A stretch of 64,000 bases of DNA. Origin: Eledone cirrhosa (Eukaryota). The translations under genes were made by a program, and so were the position numbers. The notes beneath the pieces were generated by a model. It did not search any database. It saw nothing but the letters and a program-made list of their open reading frames with translations, and had not been told where the DNA came from. Shown in pieces: positions 26,410 through 39,166 of the stretch. Location: positions 165,416,001-165,480,000 of the forward strand of contig OZ024740.1 in assembly GCA_964016885.1 (NCBI GenBank), written 5' to 3'. Each line of letters opens with the position of its first letter. Position 1 is the stretch's first letter.

Positions 26410-27809
26410 AGTTTGTTTCTGTATGTATGATTGCCACTGTGTATATGTATGTGCGTATGTGTGGAGACAGAGAGAGAATAATTGTACGTTTAAATGCTCA
26501 AGAATTTGCGTGTGTCACTGGGTTACGTCTCTGTTGAATGTTTATAGATGACATCTGCATAGAGACAATGAGAACGAAAGAGAGAGGGGTGAAGGAGGTA
26601 CTGCAATAAAATGCAGACAGAGACAGATGTACGTGTATGTATCTCCTTTGTGTGTTCTTGTGCCTGTACGCAGGAATGTGAAAAAGTATATAATGTATAA
26701 AATTAAATCCTTGAGCCAAAAAATTAAGCAAACTTAAAATTTAATTAAGTAGACAAGAAACAGGACTTTAGCCGTCCATGTTTGTATTTATTGGCATCAG
26801 GTGATCATGAAATGGTATTTGTGTGGTGTGTGTGTGTGTGTGTGTCCGTGTGTGTGTGTGTGTGTGCATGTGCGGGTGTGGGTGTATGTGTGTGTGTGCG
26901 CGTGTGTGTGTCTGCGTGCGTGTGTGTGTGTGTATGCGTGTTGCATGTGTGTCTAAGTATAAGTGTTTCTGGCATGCAAGTTAATACGTGAGTGCTGTCC
27001 GTGTGTACTGGGACTCGTGTGTATAATTGTGTGTGTGTGTGTGTGCGTCTGTGTCTGAGTGTGTGTGTGCGTTTATGCAGTGGTTTTTATTTGTGACTAG
27101 CATCTCCTATGCCTATATCTGACCTTAACCAATCAAATGACATTTCCGGTGTTTTGCTTTCATTATCAACCCCACGCCTCCATATCTATACCCTTATAAC
27201 ATTTGATGGAGAACAGAGGAAGCAATACTATCACTGTCTTATTCTTCCCCTCCAATTCCCCAATAAACTTGACTGTTGGCCTGTCCAGTTCCTCAGTTCT
27301 CTACACGTCATTTCACTTACTTCTTTTCATTCCCCTCACCCCTTTGCTACCCCTTGTTTTAGGGGTTTCCTTAACATTTTAGTCTCCTCTTCCCTTTGTC
27401 TGTTTCATTTCTAAATGTTAGTCGTCATTACTGGTATAGGCTCTCTCCCTTTTTTCTAGCTCTAGCAACATTACACCCTCACACAAATACATACACACAC
27501 TCACTGGCACACAAACACAAACACACATACACATACCCACACACATGGATACACTCTGCAACAAACCTCTCTGTTTCACTGCGTATATCACTGTCTCTAT
27601 TGTCATTGACATTTATCAGTCGACGAAAGCCACGGTCTAAAAGGATACGCTCTTTTTGTCTTAATACTTCCATTTTACTCATACAAACCACGAAGACATG
27701 TGTTTGTATATATGTATAATGTTTGTGTGTGCGTACTCATATATGTGTATGTATGTATGTATGTATGTATGTATGTATGTATGTATGTATGTATGTATGT
27801 ATGTATGTA

Positions 27810-27878
<69 letters not shown>

Positions 27879-27991
27879 CTGTGTGTGTGTATGTGGTCTC
27901 TTTCTATGAATTTTTACTTGTTTTTTTTTGACAGGCCACCTTCCTGGTGGCAAGATTGTAGTAAGGAAATTGTCTCTTGTTGTAAGCGCTC

Positions 27992-28108
27992 ATCCTTTGA
28001 ATCGTAAACATGATTTACAGATTTTAAAGTTTCCAGACATCGTGGCTATATGTATGTATCTATGTGTGTGTGTATATCTATCTATATATCTATCTATCTA
28101 TCTATCTA

Positions 28109-28150
<42 letters not shown>

Positions 28151-28283
28151 CAGAGAGAGAGAGAGAGAGAGAGATAAATAGATAGATAGATATATAGATA
28201 GATATACACACACGCATAGATACATACATATAGCCACGATGTCTGGAAACTTCAAAATCTGTAAATCATGTTTACGATTCAAA

Positions 28284-28287
<4 letters not shown>
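27992..28287. repeat. Near-perfect (TA)n-centred palindrome
   Basis: ATCCTTTGAATCGTAAACATGATTTACAG..CATCGTGGCTATATG is mirrored on the right, including the mirrored (TATC)n/(TC)n tracts. Confidence 0.9.
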
Positions 28288-28326
<39 letters not shown>

Positions 28327-28330
<4 letters not shown>

Positions 28331-28964
28331 AATAAAGTTTCAGCGACAATCGCATTTAGGCGGGCAGGAAAGGCGAAGGGAAACGCAAAAATCAGAAATG
28401 ATACTTGCAAAGTGCTCAATAGTTAAAAACCAGAGCTAAACAATGTGTTAAGAAGTCATACAAAACTGAAAAGGGGGTCAAGGCATTAACCACCCAAGCC
28501 AAAAAACAAATTAAGCTAAACAGGTCAAAACAAAATAAAGGATAAAAAATAAATGATAACCAGACCTGGACTCCAGGAATTGCTGTTAAAATCCGATGTA
28601 GAGTTTCTGTGACACCTAAATAAAAATACAGTGTGCTTAAAAATATAAGCTTTGGGTATAATGATCGAACAAGGAATATCACGTTATCAACAGGTATATT
28701 GCCCTGTACCAAATCAGTGAGTGACACGGTGGTAAGTTAAACCACGTATGGAAATCACAAGGAGAATAACCCCAGATTTTGGCAAAGTAATTTTGGCAAA
28801 GAATAGCATAAATAGCACAAATCGAATAAGTTCTCAACCGGGTGGTTTTAAAATAAACTTATACAATTAACCTGTCAATAGGAATTAACAAGTTAATTGT
28901 AGGACACGGGAGATTAATACAAATAAAGATTCAGCGAGAATCGCATTTCGGCGGCCAGGAAAGG

Positions 28965-28967
<3 letters not shown>
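28327..28967 (-). mobile_element. Unclassified ~600-bp family, copy Z (about 1.08 monomers)
   Basis: Reverse complement aligns with copy Y (CCTTGTTCGATCATTATACC.AAAGCTTAT; CCGCCGAAATGCGATTCTCGCT). The terminal ~46 bp is repeated at period 591. (TA)n on both sides. Confidence 0.75.
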
Positions 28968-28995
<28 letters not shown>

Positions 28996-28998
<3 letters not shown>

Positions 28999-30669
28999 AG
29001 CTATTGCAGGGCATCTCTTTGGAACCGGGACTGCGAAAAGCGGCGTCGGCCTACGCCGACGGCGTCACAGTAATTGTGTCGAGCACCTCGCAAATCGGGG
29101 AGGTCGGCACCTTACTGAAGGAATACGAAAGGTTCACAGGAACGAAGCTGAACCGGGATAAATCCGTCGATTTGCAGCTCGGAACGTGGAGAGGCAAACC
29201 GATGCCTTCCGATGTCGTCGTCGGACGCTGGACGGAAGGACCGGTAAAGCTGCTCGGGGTCTGGTTTGGTCCTGACCTCCAGGTGGAAAAGAACTGGAAC
29301 GAGGTGACGGCCAAGGTGTTTGCGCTCATCTAGAAGTGGGCAGAGTGCATAATACTATCCTTGAAAGGTCGAGCGGAGGTGGCGAACACTTTTATAGCGT
29401 CCGTCATCTACTACCGCTTGGCCGTCGTGCCTTGTCCAGCCAAAGCACTCACCAAAATGGATCGCGCGCTCTTCCAATTCTTTTGGAAGAAACGGGCTCC
29501 TTTGGTGAGAAGATCCATCTGCTGTCAACACCCTTCAAACGGAGGGCTGGGGATCCCGTGGCTGACGATGCGCAAACACGGGCTCAGGCTGTGGCACCTC
29601 CACGTATTCCTAACCGGACAACCGGTGTGGGTCTCGTTCGTGAGGCGAGCCTTTCCACGACTCGTCTCGCTGACCGACTGCAGTCCTGGGTCAAGCAAAG
29701 ACCGAGGAAAATGGGCGACTGGCACATCGAATGTGCACAGGCGCTCACTGTTCTCTGGCAAACGGTCCCGGCGATCAGTGGAGACTCCACTTCGTCATTC
29801 TATAGAGGGTTGGTCCGCAGCAATTGCGACGACGCGCTCGGAGAAATTCTGGGCGTAGAAGAAGAGGAACTGGCCAGTCTGTTCGGTAGGACCTTCCGCC
29901 CGGGACCGATGGACAACTTCCAAAAGTCCCTGGCCTGGCAGTGCTACTGAGGAGCTCTACCATTTCGAGACAAACTCTACAGAACCGGGCGCCCGGGTAG
30001 GGACCCTTCGAAAAATATCTGTCCGAGATGCGTGCGCGGCGAGGAAACTGTCGCGCACGCATTTGTACACTGCCCTAGCGTTACCGACCTATGGGGCTAT
30101 GTAGAATGACTATTGTCGCGGGTGGGACCAATCCAGTTGACCACCGAGTCCATTATCATGATCAAACCGCCACCCTCCTTCAAAAACAAAGTAGAGGCGG
30201 TTTTCCTATGTGTTATGGCTATGGTGAAAGAGGTTATATGGTGGACGAGGTTAAAAGGGCTGAGGTCAGACACCTTTCTCTCCGGCGAACAACTGATTCG
30301 TTTTTTCCAATATCATTTTGGAAGAAGAATCAGGATGGAGAGAGATGTGCTGTACCCCAGTAAATTTTATGAAAGGATGGTGAATGTGGCAAAGATGGCC
30401 CGAGTGGTTGGGCCTTCTCTCTATATAAACATGTAGGTTGAGGAAAAAGAGGAAGAGAGGAAGGGAGTACTCACTCTTGGTGCTCCTGGAGATGAGGGTT
30501 GTACATTTTTTCGGGGTGTGTACAACCCCTGTGTAACGACTCCCCCCTATTGGGGATTTCAATTGTTATTTGTTGTTTTATTAATAGTTTTATTTTCATA
30601 TACCTGTATGTAAACTTCCCATTTGTATTTGTCCCCTTCTTTTGTGCCCGTGTGGCTAATACAGAAAAT
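28996..30669 (+). mobile_element. Tx1/L1-like LINE, 5'-truncated ORF2 pseudogene with 3' UTR
   Basis: SAYADGVTVIV, KLLGVWF, LKGRAEVAN, GGLGIP and CPRC..GEETVAHAFVHC. Ends GTGGCTAATACAGAAAAT followed by (TC)n(TA)n. Confidence 0.88.
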
Positions 30670-30891
30670 TCTCTCTCTCTCTGTATATATATATATATAT
30701 ATATAAATACACAGAGAGAAGTGCGTTAGCCTAGTGGATAGAGAGAAAGCTAATAAACACGCTGCCCAGAGTAGGGCGAAATCACGTGTTTTTTTGCATC
30801 AAATAACGGCTCTCATGAATTGAGGGCAAATGCTAGAGAGGGCAGCCCAACCATTCGAATTTCTTAGCTCAACAATCTGGAGCTCGTTAAA

Positions 30892-31097
30892 TATACAAAG
30901 ATCGGAATTAAAGTATTCCGCAGTTCACAGTAATAATAATATTAGTTCACATATAATATTTTTTTACACACTTCTCACTGTGTAACACACTTCTCTCTGT
31001 GTATCTGTATTTGAGGTCAGATGAAACTTCTCTGTTCTTCTTCGAGCTAGAATAATTATTATTACTGTGAACTGCGGAATACTTTCATTCCGATCTT

Positions 31098-31101
<4 letters not shown>
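30892..31101. repeat. Foldback / MITE-like element with ~50-bp inverted arms
   Basis: TACAAAGATCGGAATTAAAGTATTCCGCAGTTCACAGTAATAATAAT and its inverse at ~31055-31101. Confidence 0.8.
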
Positions 31102-31159
<58 letters not shown>

Positions 31160-31161
<2 letters not shown>

Positions 31162-31653
31162 TTTGTTTTGCATGGTTTTGGATATGAAATCGTGTGTTGA
31201 AACAAATATTTTTATATTTGGGGAGGATCACATAGTTATCATATTACAAGAAATAATAATAAAACACACTCACTGTTTGATTTGGATTGGTTTTCGCTTC
31301 TGTATATTTTATATCTATATAGTTAGTTTAGCTGGCAATCAATGTTTATCATTGATTGACAAGTCGATCTCCGACAGATTTGCGGTCGTACCCCTGGCAG
31401 TGGAGACTTCTGGTGTCCAGTGGAGACTTCTGGTGTCATATGACTCCAGTTCCTCAGTGAATTAACAACCCAACAAGGAACTGGGCATATCAGAGTATTG
31501 ACAATATTATACACCTAAACAACATATGTACTTGTCTATACCATACTAATTCAAACTGCCTGAAGAGGTCACAGCCAAAGATGGCTGTCACTGAAATATA
31601 TATAGCAGTAATAAACGAAGCTAAATTTTAATAATTTGACTTTTATTTAACTT

Positions 31654-31658
<5 letters not shown>
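31160..31658 (+). mobile_element. Small hammerhead-bearing element between (TA)n tracts
   Basis: Contains the hammerhead at 31555-31609 and an AATAAA just after it. Its first ~40 bp match the start of the PLE at 61315. Confidence 0.6.
31555..31609 (+). ncRNA. Type I hammerhead ribozyme
   Basis: ACUGC-CUGAAGA-GGUCACAGCCA(AAGA)UGGCUGUCACU-GAAAUAUAUAUA-GCAGU: all three helices can form. Confidence 0.8.
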
Positions 31659-31725
<67 letters not shown>

Positions 31726-31814
31726 CTAACCCATAGAATCACTAATACTCTTTTATTCCTAATTAAACCATTTTTCAACTGTGAACAATTTGTCAGCATT
31801 TTCTATTCCGTTTA

Positions 31815-31880
<66 letters not shown>

Positions 31881-32213
31881 GTTGTTGTAGTTTGCTTGAA
31901 GCAATCTGTAAAGGGAGTGTTGAACATATAATTACAAAAATGTCCGGATGTTTGCTAGTTGTTCAATAGCCGAGAAAATCCCTTCATCATATAAATAATT
32001 ATAATTAAGGAAATTATTCTTACTTTTTTTTTTTTATTGCAGCCTAACAACTATAGTCACATGTATTGTCAACTCTCTTGTCTTCACTTTATTTTAAGGT
32101 TCACTAGAAATTTCGTGTTTAGTACCCGAAGCAAATCCCACGTATGTGAACAATGTGCATGATAATTAAAATTATATTCGTATATAAGTAACGACAAATA
32201 TTATTTTCTTCTA

Positions 32214-32283
32214 TACGGGGTCGATAAAATAAAGTACCAGTAATGCATTGGGTAATTGCTGGCCTTGTGCTAAAAGTAGAAAC
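32214..32283 (+). mobile_element. SINE 3' fragment
   Basis: TACGGGGTCGATAAAATAAAGTACCAG...GGCCTTGTGCTAAAAGTAGAAAC. Confidence 0.75.
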
Positions 32284-32596
32284 GATTTTCTTCTATCTGT
32301 GAATAGTACTGTCATAGCGTGTAATGTTTGTCCCTTGAAACCAAGGTGTAACGATCAATGCGTGATTGTTTCATTAATACAATTGCTACATGTAATTTAG
32401 GAACATTCATAACATAGACGATTGTAAACATATCAGTTCTGTAGTTTCAAGATGGTATTCAGTCTATGGACTTTTATTTTCAGGTACCATGTATTTTCAG
32501 GCATCATGCATTGTTAAATGTGTACTGTACATTTAAGTTGGGTTTCATTTGATTGTGTTTCGAAACTTATTGTAACAGGTTCACTGACTATATAGA

Positions 32597-33150
32597 AGTT
32601 TCTTCTTCTTTCCCCAATTGATCCAACTGGTTCCTAAACTGAGACCAACCGAGCTCATGGATATTGTCTAACCATCTTGCTCGTAATCTACCACTGGGTC
32701 TTCTGCAGGTTTGATTTCCACGTAAAATTTATCCAGTGATTCTTTACTAAAATATTATAAAGACGTATCCATAGTATTGGAGCTATGATATCTCATTTCG
32801 GAGAAGTAGCAGTTCTACGTGATGAGAATCATTGATCACCGAGATACGCATTCGTTACACGAACGTCTCTTCGTATGAATTCCATTTCGGCCTTTGTATT
32901 TGCAATCGTACTCTTTCGGCCATTACCCAAGATTCATAACCATAAGTAAGTGTAAGCACGCACACCGAACTGAAGATAGCGATTTTGGCCTTTATGCTTA
33001 CCTCCCTTCTTCTGATAACCAAATGATGGACCTGGTGCATTACTGCATCAGCTCTTGCAATTCTCGCAGTTAATTCAGCCCCCTGCCTTGCAACACTCAT
33101 GAAAATAGCCCAAAAATATTTGAAACTCTGCACCTATTTGAATGGAACTC
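32597..33150 (-). mobile_element. Degenerate RTE-clade LINE 3' fragment
   Basis: QSFKYF..ARIARADAVM..KAKIAIFSSVCVLTLTYGYESW, with a short GAA tail. Confidence 0.75.
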
Positions 33151-34484
33151 CACTCACATGCTTAGAAAGAAATATACGAGGAGGCATTTTGTATTAATAT
33201 GTGCAAATATTTATTCATATGTGATTGCGCGTATAAGGTACAATCATTTTATCGTGGTTTGTGGGGTCTATTTTAGTCGCATGAGGACTGGTGTTAAATA
33301 TCTATGCATATCTGATGAACAATATACCCGTGTACTTGTTATGTGCTTGCATATATTTTTGCATAGAATATATATGTATGCTTGTGTGTGTGTGTGTATA
33401 TGCGTGTGTGTGTGGGTGTGTGTGGGGGTGTATATGTATGTATGTATGTATGTATGTATGCGTGTGCACAGCACATATGTGTTCATTCTTCATTCGTTGA
33501 TGATAATAGTGCTATTTACAGATAGAAGTAATCCAAGGACGATTACGATTGACTAAAGTCAATGTAATAGGTAAAAGGGTTTTCGCTCAGAGATTATATA
33601 ATTTAGTCTATTGGAAAGTAATTTTTAGCTGAGATTGTAATCTATATGGCGAAACTGCCATTTCGTGAATAATTCCTTGGTTCATGTATAAAATCCGATT
33701 ACTATATCTTGCATCGAGATTCGAATAAGAAGTAGCGTCAGATAAAATGATATATTCTGTGGAAATGTTCAATAGTTTTGTTAAAATATCGTATAACTTG
33801 ACGATGTGTCCGATGTTTTCACTCTTGGGTAAATTTTCCGCTTGTTATTGGGAATTGAATACTTATAGAGAATGCGTTAAAAATGTAATAACGTGTAATA
33901 GTGGGAATTTATTCAGCATTCAGGAAATTAGTTCTTCAAGGCCTAAAATTTTAACGGAAGTGAAGTTATTTTTATTAATCTCTATGATAAGTAGTAATTC
34001 TGTATTATACCATTCTTCAAAAGATAGTATAATGAGTAATTAATGCTGTTTTTTATAGTTGTTACTTATTATTCTTACTATTAGAAACTTCCTTTGAATT
34101 CTCTTTCTTCCCCAAATCATGCCAAGTGTCAACCTGACACCTGAGGAAAAATTTGATAATAAATGCAGCTTACAATCAATTTCCACGCAAACAATGCCGC
34201 AGGAGTACAAACAACAGTAAATATCTTTGCATGGTTTTTACGTTGATGATGCCCTTCTCAATGTCAGTCAGCACTATTTCTGTATCTCTTGCAGGCTTTC
34301 CAGTTATTCGGTACAAATATTTTTCAGTTACCCTCTTCTTTTTATATGCATCGACTATTACTGGTATTGTAGAGGTTTTAAGTTTCCAAGTTTTCTCAAT
34401 TTCATTTCATCGATCTTTATATTTACTGAGCTTTCTGAATTCTTTCGAGGAGATGTTACGATCCGATGGAATGTTCATGCTTTG

Positions 34485-34665
34485 CAGCATAGTTACGTCC
34501 CTTTACATTCTGAGTTCAAATCCTGCCGTGGTTAGCTTTGCCTTTCCTCCTCACGGGGTCGTTAAAAAAGTACCAGTCATGCACTGGGGTCAATTTAATT
34601 GACTTTCCCCTCCCCCAACATTATTGGCCTTGTGCCTAAATCAGAAACCATTATTATTATTATTA
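34485..34665 (+). mobile_element. tRNA-derived SINE with (ATT)n tail (left edge of the retrotransposon cluster)
   Basis: GAGTTCAAATCC..GCCTTTCCTCCTCACGGGGTCG..GGCCTTGTGCCTAAATCAGAAACC, followed by ATTATTATT. Confidence 0.8.
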
Positions 34666-34666
34666 A

Positions 34667-37600
34667 TGTTGTTTGAGTCTCAGTCATTGATTTTAGTTAA
34701 TTGGAAAGTTTGTTGAAATGAATATCAAGCCACTACCTGCAGCCTCAGATATTCAGGACGTATCGGAGGGTTCTTGCTGTTCCCAGCAAGCATGCATTTT
34801 GAAGTGTTCCAAAAAGCGGGGCGGGGCCAATTTTCCTTAACCATCCCTGGAAACTTTTTCAGATAGTACCTAGTGCGCCTATGACAATCGGGACCACTTT
34901 GACATCATGGCAGTTCCAAATCCTTTTGACCTCCCACTTTAAGTCCTGGTATCGGTTAATTTTCCCCCTCTCCTTCTCTTGCACTCTCGTGTCGAATGGG
35001 CAGGCCACATACACAATCAGGCACGATCTTTTTTCCTTGTCCAAAACCACCAGGTCAGGTCTATTGTGTTCCATTTTCTTGTCCGTCTGTATCCTAAAAT
35101 CCCACAGCACCTTCACCTTTTTTTTCACGTTTTCTATCACCGACTCTGGCTTATGCTCATACCACTTCTCAGAATGTGGTGAATTGTTTACTTTGCATAG
35201 GTACCACTGGATCACCCTGCCCATCACATCATGTCTCCAGCCTTTATGGTGAGTCTGGGCTAGGAGTTTACACTCGGATACAATGTGAGCCACAGTCTCC
35301 TCTCTCTCTCCACTGATCCTGTACAGTGGGCTAGCATCCTCCTTGTAAATATGGTGTTTCAGCCACTTCGTTTTGAGGGCCTGCTCTTGCGCAGCCATTA
35401 GCATTCCTTCTGTAGCCTTTTTAAGGTCTCCTCTTTTCAACCAGTTCCATGTCTGTGGATCTCTGAATTCAGTTTTCTCAAAGAATGTACTATGAAGGGA
35501 TTTTTCATGAAGGTTGCTCTTCCTCCTTGTTGTTATTTCCTCCTTGCACATCCCCTGGTCTATTGTCCTCTCCTTCAGTACAATTCTGAGCATTGGCTCC
35601 TTACTATCAGTCACGTATTTGTGTAGGTTGTTTTTCTCCATCTGAACACAGTCCTCTATGCTGATAAGACCTCTTCCACCCTCAGATCCCCTTGAGTAGA
35701 GTCTATCGACATCACTCCTCTTGTAGAACATGTTGTAGATAGTCAATAGCTTCCTAGTCTTCCTATCCATTTCTTTTTGTCAGCAACCTTCCATCTCAGA
35801 ATTCCCGCACTGTACCTAATAATAGACACAGCTCGGGAATTTACTGCACTTATGGCATTCCTACAGTTCAGATGTGACTTTAATACGCTCCTTACTCTCC
35901 GAATATATTCAGATCTTATCAATTCCTTCATTTTTTTTGTTCTTGATGTCATCAGCCTCCAGAACACCCAAATACTTGTATCCTTCTTCAGTGTCAATTT
36001 CCTTTATCATCTCACCTGTTGGTACCTGGATTCCGTTGCTTCTGCTCATTTACCCCTCTTCATCACAAGGACTCCACACTTACTAATACCAAATTGCATA
36101 CATATATCATTGCTGAAAATACGGACAGTGTCAACAAGCACATCCAACTCCTTCTCACTCTTCCCGAAGAGCTTAAGATCGTCCATGAAGAGGAGGTGAT
36201 TGATGGTAAGCTCTCCCTTTCCCAACTTGTATCCTGCTCTCACTTTTCGCAGTATAATGGTCAGGGGCATCAGGGCAAGGACAAACAACAGAGGGGACAG
36301 ACTATCTCCCTGGAAGATACCTTTCTTGATCTTCACGCCTCCCAAGGATTCTCCAGCTGATGTTAACTCTGTTTTCCAGGACTTCATACTTTTGCTCAAC
36401 AACTGTCTGATGTTATCTGCCACCTTGAAGATCTCTAGGCTTTTGGTGATCCAAGAATGAGGCACCATGTCAAATGCCTTTTTGTAGTCTATCCATCCCA
36501 TGGCAAGACCAGTGTGTCTGCTCTTGCAATTCCTCATTACCATCTTATCAATAAATAACTGGTCCTTTGTACCACGGGACTTCTTTCGGCATCCTTTCTG
36601 TTCGTCCGGTAACAAGTTGTTTGTGTGGAGGTGATGATAGATTTCCTCAGACACAATGCTTGTCAACAGTTTCCACATTACGGAGACATGTGATAGGTGT
36701 ATAGCTGGTAACATCATTACCCTTGATTCGTTCTTTCATTATCAGAACTGTGGTACCTTTTGTCAACCACTCTGGTACCTCACCTGACATCAAGCAGTCA
36801 TTGAACATGGTTGTCAGTTTCAGGTGGAGGGATGTTATATTTTTAATCCAATACACCTGCACACCATGTGGGCCTGGTGATTTCCAGTTGGTTAGTGTTT
36901 GGCCTGCCCCTTAAGAGTTTCAACTGTGATACTCAAATCTGTTTGTTGGTGTGCCTATTCACTAATCTCCTTTTGTACTGTCTCAATCCACACTGCCTTG
37001 TCATTATGTTTAACATCCTGCTCCCATATTCCTCTCCAGAATGTCTTAGTTTGTTCCGCCTCAGGGATCAAGTCGTTGCCTCTTTCTTTCCCTTCAAGCT
37101 GTCCAAACAACATCTTCTGGTTGTTGTCAAACATGCGGTTCTGTCTATACCGACAGACTCTGCTCTCGTATCGCCTAATTTTTGCAATCTTTGCTACATT
37201 ACGTTGCTTCAGTTCCTCTATGATAATATTTAGCTTTTTCCTCCTAGTTTTGTACTTTATTTCCATTCTATTTTTAGTGTCTATGTTTTTTAGTGTCCCA
37301 TTCACTAGTAGGTACTCAAGCTTTCCAATGTCATTTCTCATTTCCCTGATTTGACCATTCAGTCGTTTCTTCCACCAAGGTTCTGATCTTTCTTGTTTGT
37401 TGTTTCCTCTCGCTTTTATGCCAAGTAATTTCCTCACTGCATTTGCTGCTGCTTTGAGGATATTGTTGCACTGGTGAAGGCTCCTCGCCTCAAGGTATGG
37501 GACGACTTTGTTTACCTTGGCTGTTGTTACTTTTAACTTTTTCCTGTCTACAAATCTTAGGTTCATAGGTTTCCCACTATCATAGTTCATTTCATCTACC

Positions 37601-39041
37601 ACTAAGTTTAGGATATCAACCAATCTTGTCCTAGCCCGTCAGCATTGATCTCCTCAATGGCCGTATCTCTGTTCCAGGTATTATTTATTTCAGCATTCAG
37701 ATCATTGTCTGCTTCGAATGGTTCCTCCGTTCTCTCAACCTCTTCACCCTCATTTCTCACTGGCTCGTTTGCCTGGCATACTCCACTCTCCATTTCCAAC
37801 CTAATCTCTCTGCTCAGTTCCTCCAGTTCCAGCTCACTTATCCACCCATTAGTTCTTATTACCCGAGCCTGCCCGGCCAATTTTTGTTCATCTAATTTAA
37901 ATAGACCAATCTCGTTCCAGATGTTATGCATCCGTTTCCTATAACCTTTTGCCTTGGGGTTACTCTTCAGGTAACATTGCATAACAGTTCTATTCAATTC
38001 TTTCGTCCAGTTGGTTCTGGTCCCTTTCCTTCTTCTTCTTCCTCCGACACCAACAGTATTTGGTTGACTGCCAGCTCCCTGCTGCTGAGTCAGGGAGCAC
38101 CTGCTGGGTGAGAGTCTGTCACATGACATTCCAGTCTCCACTTCACCGTTATTCGATCTGTTTAGGTTCGACATTTAAACACTCTTATCGAGGATTGGTG
38201 AATGTATGGTTACATAACCACCGGTGATTTGATCACCCTCGGTGATGATTTTAGCGTGGCACTATCACGCTGTAGACGAATATAAACAAACAAACAAATA
38301 GGTAAAAAAAAACCAAAATAAGCATAAGTTTCATTGTAATGTAATGTTTGAATGTCTGACTTAGTTTTTCTGCTTGTCTGTCTGTCTGTTTGTTTTTATT
38401 TTTTTTTTATTTTCTTTCGTTTACGTTTATCGTTGCTGCTGTGCTGTTTTGATTTTGATTTTTGTTTTTGACCGGGTCATCAAATCAGTCTATTTATATC
38501 TTTTGATGCATTCCTCATTTAGTGGGAATACTATGATGCCTGGAGGTAGTGGGAGAGAATAGCGGCGTTAGCGATAATGAGACAGTGGTGGTGGTGGTAG
38601 TGTTGTGCTAGTAGTACTTCGCAGGAGGTAGTGGGAGAAAATAGCGGCGGTAGCGATAATGAGGCAGTGATCGTAGTACTCTAGTGATGGTGTTGAGGTT
38701 GAAGTAGAAATAGAAGTTGAGGTAACTTGACTAGAATTTTTGGCGTGGGAATGGTGATCGTGGCGGTGGTGATGTTGGTGGTGAAATTATTTGCCTGTCT
38801 GTCCGCTTAGCCATTTTTCTCTTTTTCGACTCTAACATTTCTGATCCAAAATTAAATATTAAATATTGGGGCCCTGTGCTGTAATGTGATGCGTTGTCGC
38901 TTGCTGAGGGTCAAAACTGTAATCTTATATTTCATTTGTAATAAGAATTATTCTTTCACAGTTGTTTTAAATAAGTAAAAATCAAAAACTTACGGGAGCG
39001 ATTCCATAACGATATATGTCCACCATGTGCGTTTTCTTCCC
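34667..39041 (-). mobile_element. R4/Dong-like RLE retrotransposon copy 1 (full-length, older subfamily, frameshifted)
   Basis: ORF pieces 37608-38174, 36955-37623, 36046-36717 and 34859-35770 are collinear with the 1130-aa ORF. Same 5' terminus GGGAAGAA.ACGCAC as copies 2-3. Confidence 0.93.
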
Positions 39042-39055
39042 TTCTTCTTCTTCTT

Positions 39056-39154
<99 letters not shown>

Positions 39155-39166
39155 GTTATTGTTATT

